A stretch of 64,000 nt of DNA from Balanoglossus misakiensis (lineage: Eukaryota; Animalia; Hemichordata), in assembly GCA_040954595.2 (NCBI GenBank), contig CM082577.2, positions 1,674,001 to 1,738,000 on the forward strand, in the 5' to 3' direction. Position 1 is the stretch's first letter. Each line of letters begins with the position of its first letter. The translations under genes and the position numbers were made by a program. Shown in pieces: positions 1 through 14,008 of this stretch. The notes below the pieces were generated by a model, which had not been told where the DNA came from, did not search any database, and saw only the letters and a program-made list of their open reading frames with translations.

Positions 1-3000
1 TGATAAATAAATCTTTGCTAGAGAAACCTCAGTCAGGCTGCATTCATGAATCTACAGTATACCGTAGTCTCTATGCAAAATGTGAAGAAATAAAACTGAC
101 CGCCTGCATTGAAGAAGATTACGAAAAGTACATGATGTACATGTCAGGCAATGTTTTTTTTCAAGAGTGTTGGGGAAAATATGAATTGCAAAGCTGGGGA
201 AACTAGGGTAACAAGAAGCTCAGTATCATTATTTTGGAAAGAGCTGTACAAAGCCCCGAGGGGCCTGTAGTCCAAGATTAATATCATTGCAGAACTTAAG
301 TCAACTTTCAGCAGGCCTAATGAAAGAGATGCTGGTTAGTATTGCTATCGCCCAGGAGAATCAAAGTATAGAATTACACTGAACTCAAATATAGTCGGTG
401 ATTCAAATGTACACGGTGACGTATATACATGTACCAAGAGATGGTTTGATATACTTTTGTAAACAAATAAAAAAAAAACATGATTGAAAATGTTTTATTC
501 AACGCTTGTCCTTAAAGACCCGATTTAGACAATGTCTTTGGAAAGGCAAGACAGCATGTTCAAAATGTCAGCTTAAGATCCTGAAATGTTCATGGAAACA
601 TATACTGGCAATATGATTCTTTAAATCCAAATGAAATTGTGATTTTCATTATTTAGCATCAAGCATTATAACCTGAAGGTAGAGAGTTTTCTTGACATTG
701 TTAAGACGCCGTTTTGAAGGTTATTCATTTTAAAAAAGCAGAACATTAATCATCAGGCTTTGTTAGAGAACTGAACGTGCCACATCCATGGCAACGCATT
801 CATTTTCTGATCTTTTTATCTGATATACAACCTGTCCTTCTCTCATCAATTGAATCGAATGGACTCAAGAAACTTGTTGCTGGAAATTGGCTTTGAAGTG
901 TTCTGGCCTGAAAGATAAACACATCTAAAAAAAGATGAATCTGCATTGTTGTCAAAATTGTGCCAATTTTATTTGAAATTTGCTGCGCTGTACGGATACA
1001 ATTTTGTCCCCTATTCTTAAATGGAAATCTACGCCACCTGTGGCCTTGACGTTATTACTGATTTCTGTATCATATTTCAGAAATGATAAATAATCACGGC
1101 AGTGTGCGTAAAGGTGGTAATCTGAGTATCGTACCAAGAATACACGGCACCATTATGAGGAAATTAGACCAGTAACAAACTCTGAAATTTCAAAGATGGT
1201 CGATTTGCCTGATTTCTACTTGTTGAGATGTAAAACAAATTATGCGAAAGCGATGTCAGAAACACACTTGTCACTGACATTTGATAATGACTCTCACTTA
1301 TTAAGCATTTCCTGTGGAGGGAGATCTGATGTCTGTCAATGAACAGGTGAAAACGTCAAATTGTGCCAAACTGATATTACTATCATTCCTTCATCTTGCT
1401 CTTGACATATGAACGCAAAAAGCCTACAATAACAAGGACTATGGGAAATACGGAAGATCCAATGAACAATGTTACAGATAGAGTGAGTATATGGCAGAAG
1501 TCTTGTTAATTGCATTTTATTCAGTACTTGTTTTTATTTCAAAAGTTAAATTTTAATACAAGGATGCTTGAATAACTACTGGTAAATAGACTGCCAGCAA
1601 ACCTCAGTGAATGATTGCAGCCAACTCAATTTGGGCATAGATGATTACTTAGACAATACACATAATGTAAGTAACCATTTCCTTTAATGGTTGACTGAGA
1701 TTCTCCACAACCGCGCATAGGAAACCGCAAAAAAAGTTATCTGATGTTCGTAGTATCTCAACAATCAGGGTGTTCGCAGGTGAAGGCGTCAGTTGAGCAC
1801 AAAATGCGTTTTTTTATCAAGTCTGTAACACTGTGTCAATGACAGTCTGGAGACTTTGTCAACATCAGTTTGAAGCACATTCATCACTGTTGCTAAGCAA
1901 CGCCGGCACTATCTGGCAAACGAGACCGGGGAATGACTGGATATTTTTTTAATGGTGTTGTGAATTGTCGTGCTTGCGTATCCAAAGGGGTCTGGGTTGG
2001 AAAACCTGGAATTACATTCAATATTGCCCTCTGATCTCACTTCAACACTTTTACTCAAAAGACTCGGTACGACGTACCCAAAGGGAAAGTGCTCCATTGA
2101 AAACTCTGAATGGTGAATGGAACCCTTCATTAATACCGCAGCCAGTGACAGCTTTTCGGTTCAGACACTGATTGTACAAACTTCCGGATGAGAGATGATG
2201 TACGTATATATTCTAAAGCTGATGTCAAAATACACAAAGTACTGTATCAGATATCCATGTGCCTGTGACAATGAAAATATGGCTTATGCAAGTCCCTGTG
2301 CCCCAGCCACGGCAGATTGTGTTCAATTCCTCGTGGTCTAACTAGAGCGTCAACAGGGGCCAACTTAATAAGCCACAGTGTAACTTTTTGCATGCTTCCT
2401 TACATCGTTACACAATCATGCATTCCCGCCGGTAGATAATCACGAAGCCATCAGAAAACAAAAGCACGAGCTCTGTTGAACTTTGTCAGGCGTAAAGAGA
2501 GTGAAGTGAGAAACAAGTGAGTGTTATGTGTCATCTCGTAGAAAGTAAATTTCCTCCCATCCAGTCAAGTTGCCCTCATTGTCATAAATTATCAGTATGA
2601 GTTGGGAAATAAATGAGACCCCCTTCTGGGATGCAAGTACGGTGATATATTTCTCTCCGCAGCAAGGGTGGCCTTCCGTATAACTTTAACCGCATTGCCT
2701 TTCGCGAGTATTGTAATGTATTATTCTAATTAAGTCCCACAAGCCGGTCGTGGGTATATACATTATAGTGGTTACTAGCGACGACTTCATCCAACCCATC
2801 ACATTGAAACTGCCTCGACTCACTGTCACGAGTGATGTTGGGTGTTTCTCTGTGAGCACGGCCACACGTCTGATGCAGGCAGTCTTGGTGTTTTATTTCT
2901 CTGTTCTGTTGTCTTACAGCTGCTGCACTGAACTGGCTGATTGTATGCTGTGATTAGGATCAAAAGCTGTGGTCTACTGTGGGTAAGAAACGTACACTTC

Positions 3001-3239
3001 CCAATCTGCGCTGGTGATTTTTTTCTTTTCCTCTGCGCACACGACAAAGAGATCACTTTCTCCCGGTCTGCGTAACCACAGGAGCCACAGCGACTGATAT
3101 GAGATTGAAAGCCAAGAGAATGTTTGTAAAGTCGACTCGCTTGTGTATTCTCCGCATCGTGGCCTGCATCCCGAGAGGGAACATAATAAGCGTAGGTGTG
3201 CGGCCGTGCTTTTGGTGATTACCCGAATACAAATCGAGT

Positions 3240-4364
3240 ATGATGAATGCAGCGGCCACTAACAATGCTCTGTCCACGGTTGTCACGCTCTACAGAATGG
3301 ACCCGGAGACTCTGAGTGGAACCAACTTGACTGGTAACGTCACCGAAGAGCGCGACGATAAGTTTCCAGACTATGTCATAATCACTGAATTACTACTGGG
3401 CATTGTGGGAACGTTGGGGAACGCGCTGGTCATCCTGGTCGTCCTGAACACCCGACGGATGAAGACGCTCACCAATTATCTGATCTTGAACCTGGCCGTG
3501 GCTGACTTGCTCACATCTGTGCTGTTGATTTTCAATCGCTACCTGATCCATGTGACTTCCCTCCCGGTCCCGTCCGGCATCGCGGGTCAGTTCTACTGTC
3601 GGCTCTACTTCAGCGCGCAGTTCTTCTGGGCCACCATCAAGGCGTCCTCCTTCAACCTCATGCTGGTGACTTTTGAGCGTTATTTCGCACTCGTCCACTC
3701 GCTGACGTACAGCGACTGCTTCACCAAGTGCAAAGTGTCCATCATGGTGGCCATCTCCTGGAGTTCGGCCTTCGTGCTCGAGCTGACGTTCGCAGTGTTC
3801 CACAGGTACCACCAGGGCGAGTGTCAGCTCTTCATGTGGCCGTCCGCCTTCCTGGGCATGCTCTTCGGAATCGTTAACTTCACCATCACCTACTTCATGC
3901 CGGTGATCTTCATGACCTGGGCGTACTACAAGATCATCTCCAGTCTGAAGACGCGCGCCCGGAACCTGCACGGCTCGCGGAGAAACTCCAGCGAGCAGGC
4001 GCGTGCCCAGGCCCGGAGACGAGTCATCAAGATGCTCTTCTTGGTCATGATGGCCTACATCATCTGCTGGACACCCAACAAGCTGCTCTTCCTCGGCCAC
4101 AACCTGGGTGCCGCCATCGAGTACGACTCCGACTACTACAACATCCTGGTGTTGCTGGCGTTCGCCAATTCCATCCTGAACCCGTTCATCTACGTCTTCA
4201 AGTACCGGCAGTTCAGGCAGAGTTTCATCGCAATGTTTTACACGTACTCGTCTTGCTGCAAGAAAAACGTCAACCAGACTGGAATCAACGAGATACCGCT
4301 GGCTTCCATGTCGCTCTCCCTGCTGGCACAGGCAAACAACCGAATTCTGCAAAACTTACAATAA
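3240..4364 (+). CDS. Intronless class A (rhodopsin-like) GPCR, galanin/allatostatin-A-receptor-like orphan, 374 aa
   Basis: Single ORF with seven hydrophobic segments. Class A motifs: TM1 GTLGNALV, TM2 NLAVADLL, TM3 FERY, TM6 CWTP, TM7 NSILNPFIY. N-terminal N-glycosylation sequons NLT and NVT. High-GC3 codon usage. The ligand family cannot be assigned from sequence. Confidence 0.93.
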   Translation: MMNAAATNNALSTVVTLYRMDPETLSGTNLTGNVTEERDDKFPDYVIITELLLGIVGTLGNALVILVVLNTRRMKTLTNYLILNLAVADLLTSVLLIFNRYLIHVTSLPVPSGIAGQFYCRLYFSAQFFWATIKASSFNLMLVTFERYFALVHSLTYSDCFTKCKVSIMVAISWSSAFVLELTFAVFHRYHQGECQLFMWPSAFLGMLFGIVNFTITYFMPVIFMTWAYYKIISSLKTRARNLHGSRRNSSEQARAQARRRVIKMLFLVMMAYIICWTPNKLLFLGHNLGAAIEYDSDYYNILVLLAFANSILNPFIYVFKYRQFRQSFIAMFYTYSSCCKKNVNQTGINEIPLASMSLSLLAQANNRILQNLQ

Positions 4365-7300
4365 TCATTTTGCACATTTTAATTTGTGGAAATCCGTAGA
4401 GAACTTTGCTATTAGAGCGAAGAAATTTTTGCTGCTTCAGTAAGATTTTCAAAATTGTGATTCACAAGACTGCTTCACTTTTGCATGAATGCAGTTGTTA
4501 AAAAAGCCACGCTTAAAACATCAGTAGCTGTATAACCTTTGATCATTATTTCAATATTTTGGTGTCTGTGCAACAAGTACAGTTTCTTGGTCTTCTCACT
4601 AAAGCATGTCTAAGTGTCCAGAATTCAGCTTGTCAAGAAAGTACATATTTATGTAAACAGAAAGTTACTTTTGTTAACATTAGAATTTTGCCTTGGCTAC
4701 AATTATATTGCCGGTGGTGGTGGATATGAGGCTTTAATGACAAGCTGAAAGCTGGAAATGTCAATATGTTGTAGGGAGCACAGCAAGAAACTGTAGTGTT
4801 ACATAGAAAATACTAAAAAAATCATCAAATGTTACAGCTACTATGATAAGCAGTGTGCCATTTATTGTTGGAGATCTGGGACTTCTGTTGACTTTATCCA
4901 TAGTGAGTAATGTGCCCATTCCACAAGAAATGGACGGTGTTTTGACACAACTTGCACAAATGCCAAAACTTAGATTGAATTTAATTTCAAATCAAGACTT
5001 AAAAGAGCAAAAGACAGATGATTTTTAAACTTTAGGGAACAGAAATTATTTTAAAATGTGGGGAAAAGCTCTATGGGATACAAAGAGATGCATTTATTCT
5101 ATTGTGATCAGAGGATGCATATTCCTGTATTTTATTTTCATTTTAATGGAGGCCTGGGGCATCTTCTTCATAATTGTCATGAAATGTCAAGTTCTACTCT
5201 AACTTCAATCTTAAACAGGAATATCCCGGGGGTAAGGAAATTGACCAAGTTCCGCTGCATGCTGCCCTTTGTGATAACTGACACTTTTAGAACTTGTTTG
5301 GTTTTAAACAGTCTTGTTCATTCCAGAATTTCAATGAACAGAAACGTATTTCATGAAAACACACACCCACACACTCGACGTTACGTTGTTTCATTAGAAA
5401 AGATTTGCCAGTTGGTGAATTTAATGGGATAGAGCCATTAACTGCATGTTGATTTAACCGTTTTTTAAACTTCTTTTCCACAATGAGATGGTTCCCGGAA
5501 AATGGATTTAAAGCAATCAGTAGGTCTCCTGTACTTTTCATTTTGATTCGTCACAGGTGAACGACTGAATCAGCTAGACTGTTATAAACACTGTTGTTTT
5601 CCGTGGAATTTTCACTTCGTAGGATGCGATCTGTCATTTGGCCTACCACTATAGTCACTTGGCTGCCTAATGTACCTGAAGTAGCAATTCATGTATCGAC
5701 AGTGATGAGAAAATGACCCCGGGACACCAATTACGGTCAGATTCGCTGGTTTCCTTTCGCGAGGATCAGAGTGTTGCTAGGGATCTAGGAGGATCAAAAA
5801 CAACTTACGAGCACCGGTAAATTAATCCCCTCTAAAGGCGACCGTTTCAGGCCTGAAAGTGTCGTGACATTGTTTTTCGCTCAAAGTTTTTCTCAGTGCA
5901 GGCTAATCATCCTGTTTTATTTTAGCGTTACGAACGTCGTACAGGTTACTGTAAGCGCATTTATTCTGAGTTAAATTCAGTGTTTGTTTGGATAGATTGA
6001 GTGACCTGTGCATCGAAGTCCCGACCTTTCTGAGCCTGTCTTCGCAGCTTTCAACTCAGTCACTCAGTCTGCGTCAAAATGACCACATTTGAATTTAGAT
6101 TACATGGAAAATGCACAGCCTTGACAACAGGATGTCACAGGAATCTCTTTTTGTAGGGGAGGGGGGGGGGCAGAAATTTGAGCAAATCTCCATTTTTCAA
6201 AAGTAATTAAAATCTACTAAAAATTGAAAAAAAATATCATAGAACTGATGTGAATTTTACAAGTTATGATTTAAGAAAGATTACCTGTTAGATTTTTATT
6301 GTGTATATTTTATATGTAAATAACTGTAAAAAAATATAGTATAGAATCAATGCAAGTTCAGACTGGTCAAGACTCTAATATTTGTTTTGTGTAAAATTCA
6401 TGATGATTTTGATAGAATTACTAGAGTGAAATGTCCTTCAAGTGCATATATCTTGCAGAGTGTCTGAATCACAGACTGTGACAATCAGAATGATTCTCTG
6501 CAGAGAGATCGTCTCTATGGAGTTTGCATCGCACAAAGATGGATGAAGATTTGGAGAAAATTAACATCCATCTACCCGCAACAATATGTGATCTGACCGG
6601 TATTCAGAGGAATGCACTGTCCATATTGGACATATGTAATGCTCTTTACCTTTGAAACCGTGGCTTCTGGTCTTACACAGATCAAATACTAGTAATGTAT
6701 TTATCTTCTGCATGGCAAAAGTGGTACTTTTTCAGCTAGAATATAGTTCAGAAAACACATCATAATGGCAAATTATTATTTTCATCCATGTCAAATATAA
6801 AAATTCCAACATTCCAATTATTTTTGTACTTTCTGACAATCAGCTTCCAATATTGCTGCATTATTATTTGAAAGAAAGCTAACTTCATTGCGCTTGTACA
6901 TTTTCGTATGACTTGGGTATTTGTGTTTACAGTTATTTGCCCATCAGATTATATTTTATTGCATTGTGTGTTGTGATGGATCATAGAAAGGTTTATTATA
7001 TTCTGTACAAGGTGTTAATCACTGTTCAACACTCTTGAAAGTTTTTCTGACATGTAAAAATCCAAGAGGCAACTTTACTGGCACACGTTTGGTCAATATT
7101 AGCTGCTGTGTGATGAAATCTTACCAGTCGGTCAATGATAGTTGATACAGTCATAATTTCATTATACATGTATGTATATACGGTACAGGGAACAAACATA
7201 TCAGGTTCGATTTAGTTTTCTTCCAGGAAAGATTCTTAACTGCCGCCATCATTTACATGTTTTATTACATGCCGGTTTCTATACAGCTGCACTTTTTTTT

Positions 7301-7646
7301 TGAATGTCAATGTTGATAACAGAGCAATTTAAAAGATAGTGTCAGGCATGTACGGACTACTTGTTGCCATGGCAGCAATGTGACAATAGTCAAAATGGTT
7401 ACATCTGTGCATTTTGCTGTTAGCAAAACTGGAGTTTCAAAAGAACAGATTAGAGCTAAACTTGATTACTTCAACGGGGTATTTCAAAATGATGCACATT
7501 ACGGCAAAGTACATTTACCTGCTGACTTCCACACAATATAACACCAGGTTGCATGGTGTCGTCAGTCATATTATTCATATTATAAAGAAAAAAAAACACA
7601 CTACATTCTGAATGTGTGTCATGTGATCAACACCCATTATGCTTCA

Positions 7647-7731
7647 CCCTTTCACCACCATGGATCTGTCCAAACCCATTGTTTTCTACGGTAGGGTTGG
7701 ACCTCTAAAGAGGTAACTGGGGGTGAAAGAG
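7647..7731. mobile_element. Short piggyBac-like MITE (85 bp)
   Basis: Left end CCCTTTCACCACCA; right end TGGGGGTGAAAGAG (reverse complement CTCTTTCACCCCCA). Flanked by TTCA and TTAA, resembling a TTAA target-site duplication. The same left end recurs at 26521. Confidence 0.65.
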
Positions 7732-10700
7732 TTAAGGGTTTTTACAGTGATCGTATGACAACACACGCACACTGTCACCCTATTCTTGCAGTATTTCAAC
7801 TGAATTCTTTACATCAGAATCCATCACCAAGTCTTCGACTTCTGAGATGACAAAGTATTGAAATAAATCCCCACCAACGCAGCTGCAGTTGATCTTCAAG
7901 AAGTTAGAACCATAATAGATTAATTCCCTAAATGCTGCAATAAATTATCAATGGTAGCTCCAGGTACGTATCTAGACAGATTTACAAGGTTACTCGGAAG
8001 TTTTTCTTTTTACAAAACAAGGGCAAGTCGCTCATAATTTTGGTAATTTCAATTTATCTTTATAGGTTAGTAACTAGTTATTGTGAATTGTTCAGCAAGT
8101 ATTTTTTTTCAAATGCATGTGCTAATAGTCTTAAAATTTACATCTGAAGTAGTCAAAAGATCAAAGTGTCTTATTTGAATTTAGCCAATACACTGGTATC
8201 TGAAGCTGCTATTGGTTGAAACAGATCAATACTTTGACAACTTCAAAAAAAAAAAAAAAATTATATGTCTGTAACCTAGTTTTAACTATTGACAAAAAAA
8301 TACTGGTATGTGAATTTACAGAATTTTACCCTGTTTCAAATGAGACAGGTTTCAATAGAAATGTATATTTATTTCTTAAGAAAAATATTTGTATTGTAAA
8401 AACTAGCAGTAAACCATGTATCATTTTACAGACTGTGTCCAGTCATTTTTTGAACATTTCCCCCAATTTTCCAATACAGGTCCCAACCAAATCTCCATTG
8501 ATAAAATTTGGTCTGCGAAAAGGTAAATACATAACGCATAATAAACTGTCAATTTCCACAACCACCATGTCAACAGTCAAATCTCTCATAAATTGAACAG
8601 CGCCACATTACAGTCCAAAGTTAGTTTCACAAGCTGCATCCTAACATAAAAAAATCCTAATGACCCAAATGGTGGGCATGGCAACAGATTTGAAGCAAAC
8701 AATACATCAAACACAAGCAAAAATCCAAGTCACCGCTGACAGATTGCAATAAAACACGACCTTGGCAAAAACGTATGCCACACACACATTCTTTCATTCA
8801 ACTGAAGGGTAATTGATCAAATAAAGGTTCTTTGTCCGACTCAAAATATTTTTCAAGTGACGATCCAATATGGCAATTTTCAGTACATTGAATCGCTGTT
8901 TACCACATACCAAGGGGTCAAATCACATAATTATTTCTATTACGGGTAAAAAAAATCGACAAAAGGCAGCAGTAAGATTTTGGAGGGATAATACATTGTG
9001 TATCCTGTATGTCATCACCTCTCAGCGGCTAAATATTAGTTCTTTCTTTGCAGTTAGTATAAATATTGTTTGGTATCTTGTGAAACAAAAATGCACAAAA
9101 ACGTAGCCCCTGGGGCTTTAAAACCTAAATGTTTTCAGATCATCACAATCTCCACTCGCTTTCTCCAAGACAGGAAATACCCTGCCATTTGTTTTTCTCA
9201 CAATCCACTCCGACATTGATCACATGACACAGCCCAGTGCCATGTTGTATTGAATTTCATCACTTCAAATCCATGCATCCCCATTGGACAAGTTTAAGTC
9301 GCAACACCTCCAATCAAGGAAAGGCCACGATATTTAAATCGCCGCATTTCTACCGCAAGTCAGTTCGTTTCTTTAAACCGTGACATAAATGCCACTGGCA
9401 ACACTCTTAAATTGTCTGTGGTGTCTGACTGATGAGAGTCTGTACTGAACTTTACGATCAACAGGAAATGAAACCAGTGTATCAAAATAAGGAGGGGACA
9501 AAAAACTACATGTGAAAAAAAAGCACTCAAACTCAACGACAATCGTCAAACACCCGAGGCACATTTCACAGAAGTAGGCTTTTTAAATCAAAGTGTGCCT
9601 CACATATTAGAACACAGGCTGTGATGTGAAAAATAAATTTCACAGATCCATTTTCATGATGCCATTATACTACACCATTATAAAAACCAACATCAATGTT
9701 ATCTTCTCAGTTGTTGTTGCAAGTCTCAGATTGTCCACGAGTACTAATTGTCATTGCATATACTTTCACTACAAAAATAATAAATAGGCAGAACTTCAAT
9801 TAACCACTATAATCTATAGACTTCAGCCTGTACGTCTTTTATCTTCAAGGAAGAGCCAAGACTTTTTTGTGAATTGTAGAAAATAAAAACTCTGGTTCGT
9901 TTGTGATTTAATTCTTCATCAATCAGGTGTGAAATTTTTATTCATTTTTTGCATACATACATGTATTAAGTCCGCAATGCGATAAAATATGAATTGTGAT
10001 CTGACAGACAAGCAGAACATGAAAACTTCTGGCTGTACGCAAGAAATGTATGTCTTTATGTCGTCAGGTCAGACAAAAACATAATTTTTTTTACAACTGA
10101 TTCATGTGACCCCCCCCCCCCAAGACTTCCTCTTCTCCAGACATATGTACATGCTCACCATTGCTTTTGAAATGATTTGAATTCCTGTCAGAAAAAATCT
10201 GCACTGATTGTAAATCATCATCCCGCGGAAGGTCACAGTGTCTTCTAAGTTTTGCAAACAGGAAATTAAGTCTTTCAATCGACGTGTGGCCAGACAGAAA
10301 TCGACATGAAGAGACTCATTACTGAGACTGCCCGCAACTCTAATAGCAGTTAAACGCTGACAGAGTCACATAAACACTCCGTATGGATCAAATAAATTGT
10401 CAAAAATTACAAATTAAAAGTTATATTTATGGCCAAATGCACGTTGCGAAAACTGCCCTCTAATTTGTTATCCCAGAATTAAATTCACATCCGTTCTATT
10501 CCAGATGTACTTTTGATTTGGCGATCGTGGATAAAAATAAAGTCTTCCATAAAGGAGGACCTGGAAATGGATCGTTTCATGGTTGAATACACTATAATCC
10601 TGCCATATTTAGATGATGTGCTGGATGTTTTGTACAAGAAGCAACTAGCTCTACGTTACACATCTGAGTTTAGCAAACAAGATTTTTTTTTCCAACATCA

Positions 10701-11482
10701 TTACGACCAGTGAGGTCTAGATGATTGCCTCTAGCTAGTTGTTAGGGTTTCGAGACCCTCTTGTTGTTTTTTATTAGGGTTTCGAGACCAGAGGGGTCTA
10801 CATGCAGTTGAAAGTTACGAATCTATCTCAAGAGGGCGCTGTTTGAGTCAAGTGTGTAGCTATGTGGAGAATTCCTGTTTTATTAAAAAACATAGTTTTG
10901 TGGAATGTTATAATTTTATATAGCCACTCAGAAACATAACCAACACCTTGACCAGAAACAGTTTCTGCTATTGCTATGATGTCATTGTCTGATCGAGTGC
11001 AACAAAAGTCTACACCATGAACTTTTTACAACATAATCAGTGCCTTTAAGTTTGAATTGGAAATATACTTCCTGGTCATCGTTTGGTATGGAACACCCCT
11101 TCCCCCTAACACCTGACTTTTGTCCTAAAATACAATCACAATTCTGGTCATGGTTGCAGCCATGATTGCCAAACACAATAAAGACAGATCAACGTCTGGT
11201 GGCAGGTTTAAACCTTGGATGAAATGCAGTCACACTCTCTCCTCAAGTTTCCCTTCTTCACACAGCAGGAGGCTGTCCCCAAAAAGGAACTGCACATCTC
11301 CTTTCTGTGGCTACTCAAAAATATCAAGAGGCAGCGGTGACCAACAGGGACCTCAAATGGCCGACTGTTTTGCAAGGTCACAAAGTAGAGCGCTTGAAAA
11401 AAAAAAAAAAAACGAGGGTGAACCACTTGAGTTGTGGTACTGGAGGCATATAAGTAGCCACTGCCGTGAGTGCTTGACTTTA

Positions 11483-11902
11483 AGGGGCCATCTCTGATTT
11501 TTGCAAAGGCTCAGAAAGTAAAGTTTGGTAGTGGGGGGAACAGCTTCAGACCATTTTCAATCATTTCAATGGACTTCAAAGTTCTTAATGAACTTTTGCA
11601 CTCGCTTTGGTGACTAAAAGTGGTGTTCAGGTGGTATTTGAACCTGAAAATACCACTTTGCAGAAGTATTTTCCAGAGCAATAAGCATGTTGTTAATTTT
11701 TTCAACATAATTAACATTCTATGAGGACAATTGGCAGCTGCACTAATTTTCTGGGATTTACACAGGAGTATATTTTTTTCACATAATTTTCACTGATTTT
11801 AGAGTTGTACCCAGTAGTTTAGTATTCTGTGACATTCAAGGATTTTTCTAGGAGCCATATGAACCCAATAGTTTTTTTTTTTCAAATTTCAGAATGTCCC
11901 CT
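11483..11902. mobile_element. Putative degenerate MITE upstream of the first fibrinogen-domain gene
   Basis: Imperfect terminal inverted repeats: left AGGGGCCATCTCTGATTTTTG; right end reverse complement AGGGGACATTCTGAAATTTG. No clear target-site duplication. Confidence 0.4.
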
Positions 11903-12055
11903 GCATAGTTCTGCATTGCAGGGCAGCAAATCATGTTTTATGGAACCAATAAACCACATATTCTTTCTTACTTGAGAAAGTGCACAACCCGTTTTCACTT
12001 CAAGGAAGTACCAGGCGTGAAATTAAGTTCCTCCTGGGAGATTTTTCAGACAAGA

Positions 12056-13238
12056 ATGAAAACTGGCAAAATGAACGGTATATCTTTCGTTCTGCTGATC
12101 GTGGTCATGATCGCGGTTTATACCACAAGTCAACCGACCACCGCAGGTAACAGAGGCTCGGTGGATTTGCAAAGCCGTTACATCAAAGATGGCAAGTGCG
12201 CTTACACGTTCATTCTGCCTGATGACCAAAGCTCGGCTCCCTGCAATGGCGAATATGACCAGGCTCTGCAGAGGATAGAGGAAAGGATGGAAAAACTGGA
12301 AGCAGGGCAGTCATCCTATCCAGGATTGAACACCACTTCCTATCCCATTGGTGAGTTGTTGTTGACTTTTGCATGAAGCAAAATCTTTCCACTGGGACCA
12401 TCAATTTTCTTTATTCATTTCAAAGAATTTTCTGAGGAGCATGAGTCGACCATATAATTTTAGAAACTGTGAGCCAAATGGGTGAAAGAAACCGATGAGA
12501 AAAGTTGATGTAGCTGGCTGTTTGCAAAAAAACACACCAATAAAACGACACTTTCCCTCCTTAAAATTCGTTTCAGATTGTCACCATGCATACTTATTAA
12601 ATGGCAATCAGCTTAAGGAGGGTCTTCACATCATACATCCGGAAGGCTATCCGGAGCCATTTCCGGTATACTGCGAGGTCACAGATGACGGTGCGTGGAC
12701 CGTAATTCAACGACGTAAGAATGGATCCATCTCTTTCAAAAATGACTGGTTGCCTTACAAATATGGATTTGGCCCGATCACTGGCGAACACTGGCTGGGT
12801 AATGAAAAGCTCTACCATCTCCTACGAACAAATGAATACAAACTTCATATCGAGCTCCACGATTGGCATGGCAACTCGAGTTACGCCGAATACGATCACT
12901 TCAGAGTTGGGGATGAAGAATCCAAGTACACACTGTGGTTGGGCGCATACTCTGGTACTGCCGGGGACTCTATGAGAGATCATGTCTCTCACAAATTCAG
13001 TACCAAGGACGAGGATAACGATGGTGCTTATGCATGCTGTGCATGTACTTCCGGTTCTTATAGCAATGGGCGTGGGGGATGGTGGTACTTTGACGATGAC
13101 GATTGTCATACAGCTAATCTCAATGGTGAATATTTGGGAGACACTTCTTTTAACAAGTATGGTGTTATTTGGAAAGATTGGCAGGACAGACAAAGCATGA
13201 AAAGAACCATCATGAAAGTGAAAAGACTGAGAAACTAA
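12056..13238 (+). CDS. Secreted angiopoietin-like fibrinogen-related-domain protein 1 (2 coding exons, ~318 aa)
   Basis: Exon 12056-12350 (donor G|GTGAGT, phase 1) and exon 12577-13238 (acceptor TTTCAG) join to YPI-D-CH. Signal peptide (ISFVLLIVVMIAVYTTSQ), then GKCAYTFILP, a short coiled coil, and a fibrinogen C-terminal domain (WTVIQRR, YKYGFG, EHWLGNE, YSGTAGDS, KFSTKDEDND, GGWW, NLNG). Start may instead be the ATG at 12071. Confidence 0.92.
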
Positions 13239-14008
13239 CCCTAAACTAAAAGATTCAACAGACATCTACAGAATTCTATAGCCTATAGACTTTCAATTCA
13301 TACTGATAGAATTTCTATGGACATCTATCGAGTTCTATGTAACTGTGGCTCCTTTTTCTTCTGAATTATATGGAAATGTTTACATCTATAGAATACTATA
13401 ATGGACACTATACCGGTAGAACATTTTTTGCAAGGGTTCGAGAGACAACGGATGTCACTTGAAGACAAAAAGTTCATACGACGTTGCTTACATGTATATA
13501 CCAGTACTTGGTGACTGCATGTGCATAATGATAAGAAAAAAGTCAAATAATAACTGGCACTTTCAAATGAGGAACACTCAAGAACGTTAAATTTGCACAT
13601 GGAAAATCTTTATTGTGAAATAAACTAGTTTCCAAACTTCAATTTGGCAACTCGAAGTCACTTGGTACATATATGCGGTAAAAATTGCACTGCCAGTGAA
13701 TGAGGAGTAGTACTGGTACACTCAACCACCAATGCAACCAAGGAACATGCATGAATTACTTACATGTACATTATGTACATGAAAGTGAAATGTTTTCGTT
13801 CCCTGGAGCAAATAACAACCGACCTCGGGTCATGACCTTAAACAGCACAATTGTTCTGACTTCACCCCAGCCTTCTGTACACAATGCATTGTTCATTTAA
13901 AACCTCCAGTTTAGTTCCTCTTTCCACTTCACAGTGCAATGCCCCTGTCCAGATTGCTTGTCACTGAGTTTATGCGGCACTAAATAAGTGCAGGAGTGCA
14001 CCATAAAA

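Noticed and set aside
832-907. Minus-strand exon-like segment (TTTCAG|...ACAG|GTTGT), phase-compatible with the next expected DHX40 exon
   Set aside because: It translates to ARTLQSQFPATSFLSPFDSIDERRT, with no resemblance to the expected DIH...GDILVFLTG peptide.
3393-4352. 319-aa antisense ORF over the GPCR
   Set aside because: Shadow ORF produced by GC3-biased codons on the sense strand; no recognisable domain.
10140-10310. Minus-strand FFLTG string ending near a GTGAGC donor-like site, possibly a DHX40 RecA2 exon
   Set aside because: The surrounding residues do not match GDILVFLTGQ and no convincing acceptor or frame was found.
10742-10790. Direct repeat TTAGGGTTTCGAGACC present twice
   Set aside because: Only two copies with one short spacer. 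Not a CRISPR or telomeric array; probably the edge of an interspersed repeat.
13260-13430. Degenerate CTATAG-rich repeats downstream of fibrinogen-domain gene 1
   Set aside because: Low-complexity and irregular; no unit or structure could be defined.
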